Shown here: piece by piece, positions 40,105 to 52,936 of the stretch
Layout of the letters: the number at the start of each line of letters is the position of its first letter
How positions within the stretch are numbered: the first letter of the stretch is position 1
DNA from: Raja brachyura
Lineage: Eukaryota
Length of the DNA stretch: 64,000 nt
Direction: 5' to 3'
Assembly (NCBI GenBank): GCA_963514005.1
Contig: OY740806.1
Span: 24,056,001-24,120,000, forward strand
Translations under genes and position numbers: made by a program
Notes under the pieces: model-generated
What the model was told of the DNA's origin: nothing
Database searches by the model: none
Seen by the model: the letters and a program-made list of their open reading frames with translations, nothing else

Positions 40105-40430
40105 AGAGACAGAAATACACAGAGAGGGAGAGAGAGGGAGAGTGAGAGTGGGAGAGAGAGAGAGAGTGAGTGAATGAATCAGAGAGAGGGGGGAGATAAA
40201 GAGACGGATAGAGAGAGGAAAAGATAGATTAAGAAGATAGAAAGTGAAATTGTGGGACACAAGCAGATAAGGAGATAGACAAGCAAGCACCAGAAAGGGG
40301 AGGAGATTGAAAGAGAGGGGGTAGACAGGGGGTAAAGGGTTCGAGGGAAAGAGAGTGGGAGAGTGGCGTGGAAGCAGACCCTTTAGAAGGGAACGGAGAG
40401 AAAGAGAGTGTGTGTGGGAGAGCGAGGGGG
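40105..40430. repeat. GA-rich polypurine low-complexity tract upstream of LAYN
   Basis: Sequence dominated by gaga/ggga units. Confidence 0.75.
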
Positions 40431-40900
40431 AGCGAGTCTCACCATCTCCTCACGGCTTCCTGCTCGGATTTGCTGCATTTTCTTCCCGGCGGAGGCGAGA
40501 TGGAGACTCCGGGTGCACGAAGCTGCCCAAAGTGCTGAGATGCTGCTTTCTCCCGGCGCTTTGCAGGCGATGTTGTGGGGGACATGGAGCCCAAGGCATT
40601 ACTGACGGTGATGGTACTCTGTCTACTGCGCTGCAGCATCGCCTTCAAACTCCTGAGCGGTGAGTTGGGGGGAAGGTGCACAACTCCCGGCACATGTAAC
40701 GCTGTGTTTCTTACAATCCTGGTTTCCGAAAAAACTTTTTATTGCTGATATTGGATCGGAGCTAAGTACATTTTCAGGCCAGAACTTGTCCGAGCTTGCA
40801 CCCACTTTTCTCTCGGCGTCGCCACAACCAATCACTAGATATTTAGCTTTTAAAAAGGAAAGGGAAAGTTCGCAGATGAACGTCTTTGGGTGATTAGAAT
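40340..40900 (+). promoter_or_regulatory. CpG-enriched promoter/first-exon region of LAYN
   Basis: Locally raised GC and CpG content around the LAYN start codon, against a CpG-poor background. Confidence 0.55.
40584..40659 (+). CDS. LAYN: Layilin exon 1 (signal peptide MEPKALLTVMVLCLLRCSIAFKLLS)
   Basis: gacATGG Kozak context; hydrophobic leader ending KLLS-G like human RLLSG; |gtgagt donor; 76 nt, phase 1. Confidence 0.85.
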
Positions 40901-42189
40901 TACCACAGAGCTTTACGGTGTTTAGCAAAACAAAAAGCGAACGCTATTGACAACTCCGCGAATTGGTGACATATTATAATTTTCGCAGTACTACTTCTGA
41001 AAACTAATATGTTTAATGTGGTTGAGCATATTGAATGTTCTGGATGACGGGGGTGGTAATTACAGAATGTAGTGAGTTCAGCTTCTGTAACATAGTCATT
41101 CTCCAGACATCTGCCGCCGGTCAGTTGGGAGCGAAAACCAGTCGATATCACTTGGTTTAACAGCAATCCGATTTAATCCTATGGATGGTGGGTGATGTCA
41201 AGACACGGCGGTGTGAAGGCAGTTTTATTGGATATTGCTATCTATCTCCCTCTCTCCCCCCATCTCCCCCCCCCCCCCCCTCTATACCTCTATCTCTCTA
41301 ACATCCATTCCTACCCGAGGCTTCCTGACAACTGTCACGAGTGAAGTGCTGCAGTTAGCAGATAAACTATACCACAGCAGAATGTATTTTACTGAGCTTT
41401 CCAAAATTAAGAAAGATTTAAACATAAGAAAAATCTGCAGATGCTGTTTTTTTACCAAAGGAAGACACAAATTGCTGGATTCACTCAGCGGGTCAGGCAG
41501 CATCTCTGTAGAAAATGGATGAAATAATTCTGGTTGGGACCCTTCTTCAGCCCACTTTTCTTTATAGGGGATAGTTGCCAGTGGGATGATATCCAGTGAG
41601 TACTGCAGTGTGTTCTGATTTGGAGTACCTGGAAATGTGGCTGTGTTTTTCTCTATTTGGATGCTGCCTGACCCCTTGAGTACGTCCAACACTTTCTGTT
41701 CTCTTACAGATTCATGGTTAATGGCAAAACGACCCAGGATGGCTTGCGGAAAAACTATTTAATGTGTGGTCAGGATTTGGAATATATTGCCAGATAATTG
41801 TGAGCACAAAGATTTCATGATAGTCCAGAAAGGAACTGAATAAATGCTTAAGGGATAAACATTGCAAGTGAAAGAGTGGGTTAGTGAAACGGATTGAATA
41901 TAACTTTGAGGAGCTGATAGACATCCTGTAATATTATAAAAATAGCAAATGCTGGTGATGCTCAGCAGTCAGGCTGCATATGTGGGAAAAGAAACATTTC
42001 AGATTGAAGACTCTTTATCAGAACTGGGAAGGAGACAAAAAAAGCTTGTTAAACAGCAGGAGGGCGAGAGCAAGGAATGGCTCCAGGGTGGCCATGGGGA
42101 TAAGATGGAAACAAGGTTATCTGATTAATGAATGAATGGGAACTGTCAGAGAGGTGAACATAGACGGCACAGTGGCCTGGTAGATCTTC

Positions 42190-42580
42190 TGGGGAGAAAG
42201 CAGGAACGGGGTATGAATTTTGGATGATCAGCCATGATCATATTGAATGTTGGTGCTGGCTCAAAGGGCCGAATGGCCTACTCCTGCACCGATATTCTAT
42301 GTTTCTACCTCACAGTGCCAGAGACTCTGGTTTAATCCTGACCTCGGGTACTATCTGTACGGTGATCTCACGTTCTCCCTGGGCTTCTTCAGGTGCTCTG
42401 GATTTATCCCACATCCTAAAGACGTGCAGCTTTGTAGGTTAATTAGCCTCTTTATATTGCCCCTCGTGTGTAGGGAGTTGATGAGGAAGTTGGATAACAT
42501 AGAATTAGTGTGAACAGATGATCGATGGTCAGCGTGGACTCGGTGGGCCAAAGGGCCTGTTTCCATGCTGTATCTTTCAA
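42190..42580 (+). mobile_element. CR1 3' end fused to a HE1-type SINE
   Basis: gatcagccatgatcatattgaat...ctatgtttcta directly followed by cctcacagtgccagagac SINE sequence. Confidence 0.65.
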
Positions 42581-45500
42581 TGGACAAACCAGGGAGCAAG
42601 ATGCTCCCCAGCAAGAAAGGCTGTGCATGTCCTTCACTCCCAGAGGAAACATAAAGGGGGGAAAAAAGCGAACAATCTGAGCAAACATCATAGAAGAACG
42701 ACTGATACATATGGAGAAATCAAGTTACCTGAAGTTGTAGACGTCAGTAATGAGTCCAGAACCCTGCCACGTGACCAGGCAGAAGATGAGGTGCTGTTGC
42801 TTGAGCTTCAATTGGGACTCATTGTAACACTGTGGGAGGCCAGAGACTGATAGATCAGAGTGGGATGGAGACCTCTTGTATGCTAGATAATTCTATTCAA
42901 CTATATGACAATCATAGACACAACTTTTGTTTCCATGAGGGTTGATTATTATGTGGTGAGCAAATTGAGGTGTTTTAAAATGACTAGAAGATTTGCAGAA
43001 GGGTCTCGACCCGTAACGTCACCTATTCCTTCGCTCCATAGATGCTGCCTCTCCCGCTGAGTTTCTCCAGCATTTTTGTCTACAGAAGATTTGACAGGGT
43101 AAATCGGTTATTGTCTTTGGTGACAAGAGTCCAAGGTGAATCAGCCTCAATCCTGATCGAGCCTGTAATGTGGTCAGAAAGCACTTCTCCATACAAAGGA
43201 ACTGGAAATTTAAAACTATATCTTCACAATACGTTGTTGAGCCTGAATGAAATATCAGGATTAAAAATGATAGTCTTTTGTTCCGCAAGGGTTGTGGATT
43301 CCTATTTATCCCTGGAACTTGATTGTTTTTGCCCCAGTTGTAATGAGAAATGGCAGATCTTTAATTGCGATCTTACAAAGTGCCATCTGGTTTAGCAATT
43401 GTGTGTTAGAGTAGTGAATCACAAATATAACTTTGGTATTAAAGATCAGTGAGAGAGAGAGACCAAGATATTACACATCCGTTCGCCTCATATATGTTGT
43501 GGAGAACTTTTTGAGTCAGAATTACTGTGATTTAGCCCATTGAGACCAATGTTATGTTCATAAGTAATAGGAGCAGTATTAGGCCATTCGGCCCATCAAG
43601 TTTACTCCGTCATTCAATCATGGCTGATCTAATTCACCCTCCTAACCCCATTCTTCTGAGTTTTTCCCATAACCCCTGACATCCATACTAATCAAGAATC
43701 TATCTATCTATGCCTTAAAAATATCCATTGATGTCCTCCACAGCCTTCTGTCACAAAGAATTCCAATTCAACTTAGGTGATGTACAATAAACATAATTGA
43801 TTTTTTTTTTTGGGCGGATATAAGTAAATAAGTAGACACAGGAAATCCAGTGGAAGGCATTTGATATGTTTCCACCCTGCAGATTGGTGAAAGTAATTAA
43901 GGTTCTTGGGAAAGGATGGAAATGAATGATTGTGATTATTATATAAGCAGTGGAAGGCAGAGTGTAGGGATAATGGGTAACTCCTCAATGTGGGAAGAAA
44001 TAAAGCACACTGCCTCACTTATGAGGAGACCTCAATTATTATATCTATTTTTGATTTGTAATATAGTAAAAAGGCAAATAGTTACATTTATTATAACACA
44101 ATGATTGGTGGCTGGGCAGAGCTGGGAACATAACATTACATGAAGACTGATCAATTAATTGCCAAAGTGGCAGATTGATGTCAATGTAGATAATGGTGAG
44201 GTAATCCATTCTGCGCAGAAGAAAAATGAGCTCAGCATTATTCAAATAGTGAAAATCGTTAATGCTGAAGATACAGTAGTTAGTTATGAATATTAATGAA
44301 CTGGATAACAATGTTGTTGACACGATCAGTAAGTTTGTAGTTGACACTAAAATGTGTTGTACAGGACAGTAAAGAATATTATGAAGAGAGTTAGATTTAG
44401 CTCTTGGGACTAATGGAATCAAGGGATATGGGGAAAAAGCAGGAACGAGGTACTGATTTTGGATGATCAGCCATGATCATATTGACTCGAAGTGCTGAAT
44501 GGCTTACTCCTGCACCTATTTTCTATGTTATCTAAGATTATAACATGATCTAGATGAACCGAGGAAGTGGGCCAAGTAATGGCAGATAGAATTTAACTTG
44601 GACAAGTGCAAGGTGTGAGGACAAGTACGACGTCTGGAATGCTTGCCTTCGTGGGTCAGGACGGTGAGTATAGGACATCATGATGAAACTGGATAAGTTG
44701 TTGGTCAGACCGCACTTGGAGTACTGTGTGCAGTTCTGGTCAGCAGCTATAGGAAGGATGTAATTAAACTTGAGGAGGTGCAAAACAAAATTTTGAGTGT
44801 GTTACCAGATCTGGAGGGTTTGAGTATGGAGAGGCTGGAAAGATGCTGTTTTTTACCTGGAGCAAAGGACATTAAGGGGTGACTCTATCCCTGATGCTGA
44901 GATGTGTGCGCCGGCAAAAGAGATTCTGTGAATTCACCTTGTCCACATAGACTGACTGTGAGCAGCGGGGGCTTGGAAATGAGATCAGTATGATCAAGGC
45001 CTCTTGTTGGGAACTCTGGAGAACACTTAGTCCAAAGAGGATGAATGATCTTGGCACAAGGTCACCGAATGAACTAATGAAGCACAAAAACGTGTGGCGA
45101 AGAATTCGTTTATTAGAATGATTATAGCACATTTATAGAAGAATAGAAAGATCTGCCACACATACCAAGTCCTGGTTAGATGACAACAGTTCTGAGCATC
45201 ACACCCGAGAAAGGTTAAGCTAGCCTTGGAATGCATGAGTAATTCCTATAATGTTCAACGTGTTCGACCATGCAGAGACTTTACATCAATTCGAATGGTG
45301 TTCCAGGGCTACGGAAAATGATTTAAGTTTTCCAAGTTAAAAAGTAATGTTTTAGGAAGTTTTATGAACTTTCTGTTCCAGTGGTGGAATCTAACAAAAG
45401 TCGAGACAACCATAAATCCAGACTTCGACCATTGATGAGTCTCCCCTTGTGTTCTTGCGTGACCTGTTACTTGCTTTGTATCACATATCCCAGTAATATG

Positions 45501-45734
45501 CAGTTATCTGTCAGCCTCTGCAGTTACCTGCCTGTCTCACACTAACCACAGTAACTATCTCACACGTCTTGGTTAATGCAGTGTCTTATCCCTGAAGGGG
45601 GCTGTTCTAAGCACCAGCAGCTTTGGGAGGTCAATGCCAGGAATTCAGTCCCAGGGGTCAAGATGTGGTGATACAAATAACTTATTAAGTGTGGTCAAGT
45701 TCATTAATTTTATTTTATTTTCTTATTCATTTAC

Positions 45735-46605
45735 AGGATATGTCACAGGAGCAGAATTAGGCTATTCGGCCCATTGAATCTACTCCATCATTCGTTCATG
45801 GTTGATCTATTTTTCCCACTCAATCCCATTTTCCTGCCATGTCCCTGTAACCTTTGATGCCCTCTCTAATCAACAACCTGTCAATCTCCACTTTAAAAAT
45901 ACCCAGTGACTTGGCCTCCACAGCCATCAGTGGCGATGAATTCCACAGATTCACCACCCTCTGGCTAAAGAAATTCCTCCTCATCTCCATACTAAAGATA
46001 TGTCTATTTACTCTGGTCTCGGATTCTCCCACCATTGGAAATATCCGCTCATTATTCAGTAGGTTTCAATGAAATTCCCGCTCATCCTTCTAAACTCCAG
46101 CGACGCAGATCAATCAAATGCTCCTCATACGTTAACCCAATCATTCCCAGGATCATTTGCGTAAACCTCTTCTGCACTCTCCAACACCAACACATCCCTC
46201 TTTACATATGGGGGCAGAACTGCTCACAGTATTCTAAACGTGGCCTGACCAGTGCCTTATAGAGTCTTAGCATTACATCCTGGCTTTTATATTCTAGTCC
46301 TCTCAAAGTGAACGGCAACATTGCATTTTCCTTCCTTACCACTGACTCCTCTGCAAATTAACCTTTGGAGAATCCTGCGTGAGCACTTTCAAGACCCTCC
46401 ACACCTCCGATTTCTGAATCTGCTCCCCATTTAGAAAATGATATATACCTTTATTCCTTCTACCAAAGTGCATGACCATACTCTGCTACACTGCATTCCA
46501 TTTGCCACTTCTTTGCCCACTCTCCCAACCTGTCAAAGTCCTTCTGCAGACTCCCTGCTTCCTCAACATTATCTGCCCCTCCACCTACCTTCGTATCATC
46601 CGCAA
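45735..46605 (-). mobile_element. CR1 LINE fragment
   Basis: Translation EMRRNFFSQRVVNLWNSSPLMAVEAKSLGIFKVEIDRLLI. Confidence 0.85.
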
Positions 46606-47669
46606 ACTTCCGAAGTGTTCCTATGTGTTTGCCACTCTTATCCTTGTTGGTAGTGCTGGCTGTGGTTTCTGGAAATCATTTTGGAATAGACTAGATAAAG
46701 AATTTTGTAGTTTGTATACACTACAGCTATGGTGCACTGGCATTGGAAGCAAAGATCCTCCAGAGTTGTCCTCGCAGTGAAAGCAATGTTTGAGGACACC
46801 TACTGTAAGTGCTTCGCTCTGTTGATGGCAGAAATGTTTACATAGATGATGATGGCAGGCAGCAGATTGATCAGCATCTGCGACTAGTTTTGAACCGCGC
46901 GCAAAAAACAGAGTAGAATGCAGAAAAATCGAGGTCACGTTGTTTGAAACTGGCCTGACCAATCCTCTGTTCCTTTTCACCTTTGGAACCGACTACCTGG
47001 AGATGCTGTGAATGTGATTCAGAAGAGCTGGGGCACAGACCATGAACCAGGTGGAGCACACAGCCAAGGTGAAGCAGAATCTGGAAATGAGGCGACAGTG
47101 TTTTCTTTGGATTTCGTGAGAGGATCTGGTCACCTGGTGGGACATGGTTTTGATGTTCCAGTGCATGCTGTGGATGTGGCCCATATCCTGCTTCTGCCCA
47201 TGGCTGTCAATATGGGCATCTTCCATTTCATTTGAACACCCATATCATGGATCATATCCACAGGTATGCCATGTCCAAATCTACAAGCATATTCAACATA
47301 GCCCTCATCACTTGTGTCTGTGTCAAGTTGTATGTAAATACTGTATACACATACTCGATGCAGGTCGAGTTTATTGTCATTTGCACAAGTACGGTGATGT
47401 ACAGGTACAATTAAATTATTGCTGCTCTAGTGTTGTGAAGGATGAGACTGGCCAAATTACTGAAGAACATTCTTTTCACTTGGACCATGACACAATCCCT
47501 CACAGAATATTTGTGCAAAACAAAAACCAACTTTGACCACATCAACCTGCCAACTGTCTGCACAGAAGGTCCTGCAGCAGAAGACAGCAGATCCTATCAC
47601 ATGGTTCTCTGAGCAAATCATCAAATCACGTGAGGAATGCAACATTGCTAAATCCTTCTAAACTCTTGC

Positions 47670-48205
47670 TTGGCTGGTGGCAAGAAGAGGCTATCCTGTC
47701 AGAGCATACTGACTAGTTGCAACACAGCCTGGTTTAGTAATTTGAATGCCCAAGAACAAAAGAGGTCACAGCAAGTGGTAGCCTGGTCCATCACGGACAT
47801 TGATCTCTCCAGTAGGGAATCTACAGAGAGCACTGCCTCCAAAAGGCAGCTAACATCATCAAAGACCCACACCTGACTACACTTTCATCTGGCTGCTACC
47901 ATTAGGGAGAAGATACTGGAGCCTGAGAACCATGACCTCCAGTTTCAAGAACTGCTCTTTCCCAATACCATCAGACTCTTGAACCCTACACAACACTAAC
48001 CAGAAACCTACCACCACAACGATCCACTATGTTTAGGTTTGTGTGACGTATATCAGTTTGTACTATTATGGTCTGCTTACCAAGCATAGGAATTGATTAT
48101 TGTATTTTTATTTGTTGTGTTGTTGCATTAAGATGCATGTAAAGCCACAACAAGTCAGAATTGTTCTGTTGCTGGTGCACATGAGAATTAAATCCTCTTG
48201 ACTCT
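47670..48205 (+). mobile_element. Rex1/Babar LINE 3' fragment
   Basis: Translation QSILTSCNTAWFSNLNAQEQKRSQQVV...KAANIIKDP is typical of the Rex1/Babar C-terminus; tcttgac-type tail. Confidence 0.7.
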
Positions 48206-48314
48206 TGAGACCCTTCAAGCACAGAGTGCCAGTCCCACTGCACACTGGAGTCAAGGTTGCTGCAGTATGCATGAGACAATTGTCCACCTCCTCGTGGACT
48301 GTTTCCCAAGAAAG

Positions 48315-48770
48315 TCATAGAGTTTTACAGCATGGAAACGGGCCCATCAGCCCAACTTGCCCACACCGACCAGTATGTCCAACCTGCACTAGTCCCACCT
48401 ACCTGTATTTGGCCAATATCCCTCTAAACCTGTCCTATTCATGTACCTGTCTAAATGTACCTGCTTCAACTCATTCCATACACCCACCACCCTTTATGTG
48501 AAAAAGTTACCCCTCGGCTTCCTAGTAAATTTTTTCCTTCCTCACCTATGTCCTATGGTTTTCGATTCCCCTACTCTGGACAAGAGACTCTGTGCATCTA
48601 CCTGATCTATTCCTCTCATAATTTTATACACCTCTAAAAGATCACACCACATCCTCCTGCGCTCCAAGGAATAGAGTCTGAGCCTGCTCAACCTCTCCTT
48701 TAAGCTCAGACCCTCAAATTCTGGCAACATCTTCGTAAATCTACTGTGTACCCTTTCCATGTTGACAATA
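48315..48770 (-). mobile_element. CR1 LINE 3' fragment
   Basis: Translation ERVHSRFTKMLPEFEGLSLKERLSRLRLYSLERRRM. Confidence 0.8.
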
Positions 48771-49021
48771 TCAAGGGAGGCTGTGCAGTTGAATGCTGGA
48801 CTCGGAGAAATATGGTTGGGACTGGACAAGATTTGGACGTGGATATTGATCAGTTATTTTGATATGGGCCTGTAAAGAGCTGTATTAAAATGTGCAGACA
48901 AACTTAAAACATCTTTGTAAATATATTTCCAGACTGGATGCCATTGCCAGGAGTTTATGAGTAAGTAACATAATGGATGCAGTGGATGAAATCGTGTCTT
49001 GTGTTTGAGGTAGATCATTTA

Positions 49022-49310
49022 CGGCGGCACGCTGACGCAGAGGGAGTTGCCACCTTACAGTGCCAGAGACCCGGGTTCAATCCTGACTATGAGTACTGTT
49101 TGCACGTTCTCCCTGTGACCGCATGGGTTTACCCTGGGTACTCCATTTCCCTCCCACACTCTAAAGATGTACAGTTAATCTTTAGGTTAATTGGCTTTGG
49201 TAAAGGTTGTAAATTGTCCCTGGTGTGCAGGATCGTGCTAGAGTGTAGGGATCGCTGGTCAGCATGAACTCAGTGGGCCGAAGGGCCTGTTTCTGCGCTG
49301 CACCTCTCTA
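49022..49310 (+). mobile_element. HE1-type SINE
   Basis: ggcggcacg...gccagagacccgggttcaatcctgac head. Confidence 0.75.
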
Positions 49311-50386
49311 AGCACCAAATTTGGGGGAATAAAGTAACAATTTCATTTGGGGAGAATAAATAAGTGAATGAAAAGCAGAGGGATTTGAGGCTTTGGAATT
49401 TCAACAGATTATATGCAGCATTTGGTATGCCATAATTAAAACTATTGGAACTCTGAAATGTTGAAGTGAAAATATCAAAATGTGCATCCGTACCAAATCA
49501 TATGGTTACAGTTAGAAGATCATATGCATTTAGGGATATCACAATATTGATTGAAAGATAATTTCAATTTATCTTTGGCCCACCGAGTCCATGCCGACCA
49601 TCGATTACCTATTCACACTAGTTCTGTTATCCTAATTTTGTATATATTCTCTACACACTGGTGACAATTTACAGAGGCCAGTTAACCTATAAATCTACCT
49701 TCGATTTAAACCAGCAATCTGCAGTTATTTCTTACACACCCTATAAACCCACACGTCTTTGGGATATGGGAGGAAACCGGAGCACCTGGAGGAAACCCAC
49801 CCGGTCGTAGGGATACGTGCAAACTCCACTCAGACAGCTCAGTGTCGGAAGGAATCAGAGGGTATTCTGCACATTCACTGCGCTACTGTGAGAAATGTAA
49901 AGCAAGATTCTGTTTTTGTTTCACTCAACGAGATTGTGGAGTTTCTTTTAGATGTGTGTACCTTTACGACAGATTGGTTAAAAATCAAATTCTCTTATGA
50001 TTTAGATGCAGAAATATGGAACTGAGAGCATGAGAATTGCACAATTCTAGACTAAAGAGACATTATTGAAGAATAGCTTGGTACGATTAGGATTCTGTTT
50101 GTGTGGAGGTGAATGCATGTTAATTCGACAACATTTTGTGTTGCAATTTCTGAGCATGTCTATCATATTTAGATCCCATCCTCTTTGAAGTAGATGAAGC
50201 TTTAATAGAATGGAGTGTGTACCTTGTGGCCCCTTGTTGGCACTGCACTTAGAATGAAAGACTTTTAAAACACTAACATTAATATTTGTGCCAAACATTA
50301 GACCATTTGCTAATGGGCAGAGCCACCAACAGGTGAGCATTGGCACTGCAATTCCTGAAGGCAACATCTATGGGAAGAGAAACAGA

Positions 50387-50680
50387 GGGCGGCACAGTGA
50401 CGCAGCGGTAGAGTTGCTGCCTTAAAGTGCCAGAGATCCTAACTATGGGTACTGTCTGTACGGAATTTATACATTCTCCCGGTGACCGCGTGGGTTTTCC
50501 CCGGGTGCACCCGTTTCCTCACACACTCCAAAGACGTACAGGTTTGTAGGTTAATTGGCTTCAGTAAAGATTGTAAACTGTCCCGAGTGTGTGTAAGATA
50601 GTGTTAGTGTATGGGGATTGCTAGTCAGTGCAGACTCAGTGGGCCGAAGGGCCTGTTTCTGTACTGTATCTCTAAACTAA
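50387..50680 (+). mobile_element. HE1-type SINE immediately preceding the inverted duplication
   Basis: gggcggcacagtgacgcagcggtagagttgctgcc head; tctaaactaa tail. Confidence 0.8.
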
Positions 50681-52184
50681 CAGCTGGGGGAAACCGATGC
50701 AGGCACAGGGGAAGAGTGAAAACTCCACACACACAGCACCCAAGGTCAGGATTGAACCCAGGTCAATGGAGCTGTGAAAGAACAGTTTCATTAGTTGCAC
50801 TGCTGTAAAATTCAGGAAAATATCTTAAAGATCTAGGATCCTTTCTGACCAATTTCACTCTTTGATGCATCTGATGAAACAGAAAGGAGGCCTGTTATAG
50901 CAAAGTTGTATTAAATGTGATGATCATAAAGAGAATGGATTAGTTGGCATGCGCAGGTTGGGCCCTGCATCCGTGCTATATGATTCAATGACTCTATTCG
51001 AAACAGAGATTAAACCTCTTTCTTCCTGCCCATCTTCTCAACTTGGAGAGGTGATGGATACACATGGAAGTATGTTCAACTAATTGATTTTGTTTAGTGA
51101 AATATTATTCTTCAGTTTAGAGCCAGCATTCGAACCCTATCTTCGCATTCGGAAGTTACTGGGTGGAGAAATAGGAAACGTCTGCTTTAATTCCTTTTCA
51201 TTTTTCAAAATAATGCACTTATTGTTAAGTTTCCGAGAAATATGTAGAAATATACTAGGCCCAGGAGCTCAGTTACTGCACATCCCCCACTACCAAAATG
51301 AATTCAGTGCCTTCCCAATCCCATGTAACTCCTGGCGAGTGCCTTCCCAATCCCATGTAACTCCTACGAGTCACTGTTTCAGGTCGAAGATTCTTTGTTT
51401 TGTGTGGGATGACCTGCAGAGTATTTTCAACATTATCTGTTTTCATTTTAGATTTCCAGCATCTGCAGATTTTGTTTTGGATTTTCAAATTTCTGAAGAC
51501 ACCAGCCTGGAATCATCTGAACTACTCGCCAGGAGTTACATGGGATTGGGAAGGCACTGAATTCATTTTGGTAGTGGGGGATGTGCAGTAACTGAGCTCC
51601 TGGGCCTAGTATATTTCTACATATTTCTCGGAAACTTAACAATAAGTGCATTATTTTGAAAAATGAAAAGGAATTAAAGCAGACGTTTCCTATTTCTCCA
51701 CCCAGTAACTTCCGAATGCGAAGATAGGGTTCGAATGCTGGCTCTAAACTGAAGAATAATATTTCACTAAACAAAATCAATTAGTTGAACATACTTCCAT
51801 GTGTATCCATCACCTCTCCAAGTTGAGAAGATGGGCAGGAAGAAAGAGGTTTAATCTCTGTTTCGAATAGAGTCATTGAATCATATAGCACGGATGCAGG
51901 GCCCAACCTGCGCATGCCAACTAATCCATTCTCTTTATGATCATCACATTTAATACAACTTTGCTATAACAGGCCTCCTTTCTGTTTCATCAGATGCATC
52001 AAAGAGTGAAATTGGTCAGAAAGGATCCTAGATCTTTAAGATATTTTCCTGAATTTTACAGCAGTGCAACTAATGAAACTGTTCTTTCACAGCTCCATTG
52101 ACCTGGGTTCAATCCTGACCTTGGGTGCTGTGTGTGTGGAGTTTTCACTCTTCCCCTGTGCCTGCATCGGTTTCCCCCAGCTGT
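50680..52184. repeat. 661-bp inverted repeat (arms 50680-51340 and 51524-52184, 183-bp spacer)
   Basis: The arms read as exact reverse complements wherever checked. The ORF track gives the same peptide from 51084(+) and 51780(-), and all symmetric coordinates sum to 102864. Confidence 0.97.
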
Positions 52185-52563
52185 GGCTGTTTTCTCCCAC
52201 CTCAAAGAAAAGCGTGTGTGTTTGATTAATTGGCCTTTATAAAATGCCCAGACATGCGGGTGAGGGGATGAATCTGGGGGGGAATCTATGGGAAAGTGGG
52301 ATCAATATTGGGTTAGTGTAAATAGGTGCTTGATATCATTGTGGACTAGGTGGGCAGAGGAGTCTATTTCTGTGCTTATACCTGTCGGTTTAAGTAGGGA
52401 TACAATTGATAATTTGTTTACGTTCAGAGAAGGTTGGTCAACACATTTTGGTTAATCGTCTTTCCGTCAGGTGCTTGGGAAATTGCAAATATGATGAAAT
52501 TGCTCTATAAATGCAAGCTGTTATTTGGCCAACTTTAACTGACTCTGTTTTTTCTCTGCGCAG

Positions 52564-52861
52564 GCCAGAGAGTGTGTCGCAGGGGAATTGAGCGACCATG
52601 TTACAAAATTGCCTACTATAAAGATGCGTCACGCAGGTTGGGGTTCAAGGAGGCGGAACATGCATGTCAAAGCGATGGCGGGGTCCTGCTCAGCATTGAG
52701 TCAGAAAATGAGCAGCAGCTCGTTGAGAAGCTGATCCAAGGCTTGTCTGCTGGTGACGGAGATTTCTGGATTGGACTCTCGCGGAGAGAGAATGGCAGCG
52801 AGAGCTCAGCAGGTTGTCCAAGCCTGTACCAGTGGCTGGATGGGAGCGATGCAAAGTTTAG
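52564..52861 (+). CDS. LAYN: Layilin exon 2 (C-type lectin domain, N-terminal half)
   Basis: gcgcag| acceptor and |gtgggc donor; 298 nt; GQRVCRRGIERPCYKIAYYKDASRRLGFKEAEHACQSDGGVLLSIESENEQ...GDFWIGL...DGSDAKFR. Confidence 0.96.
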
Positions 52862-52936
52862 GTGGGCATCCTTCTACTGTTCATGGCAGCAAATATTGGA
52901 GTTATTATCAACCTTGACACTGCTATGTTCCACCAT

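Noticed and set aside
51084-51780. Duplicated 'protein' ORFs on opposite strands
   Set aside because: A consequence of the inverted duplication; non-ATG starts and no coding signature.
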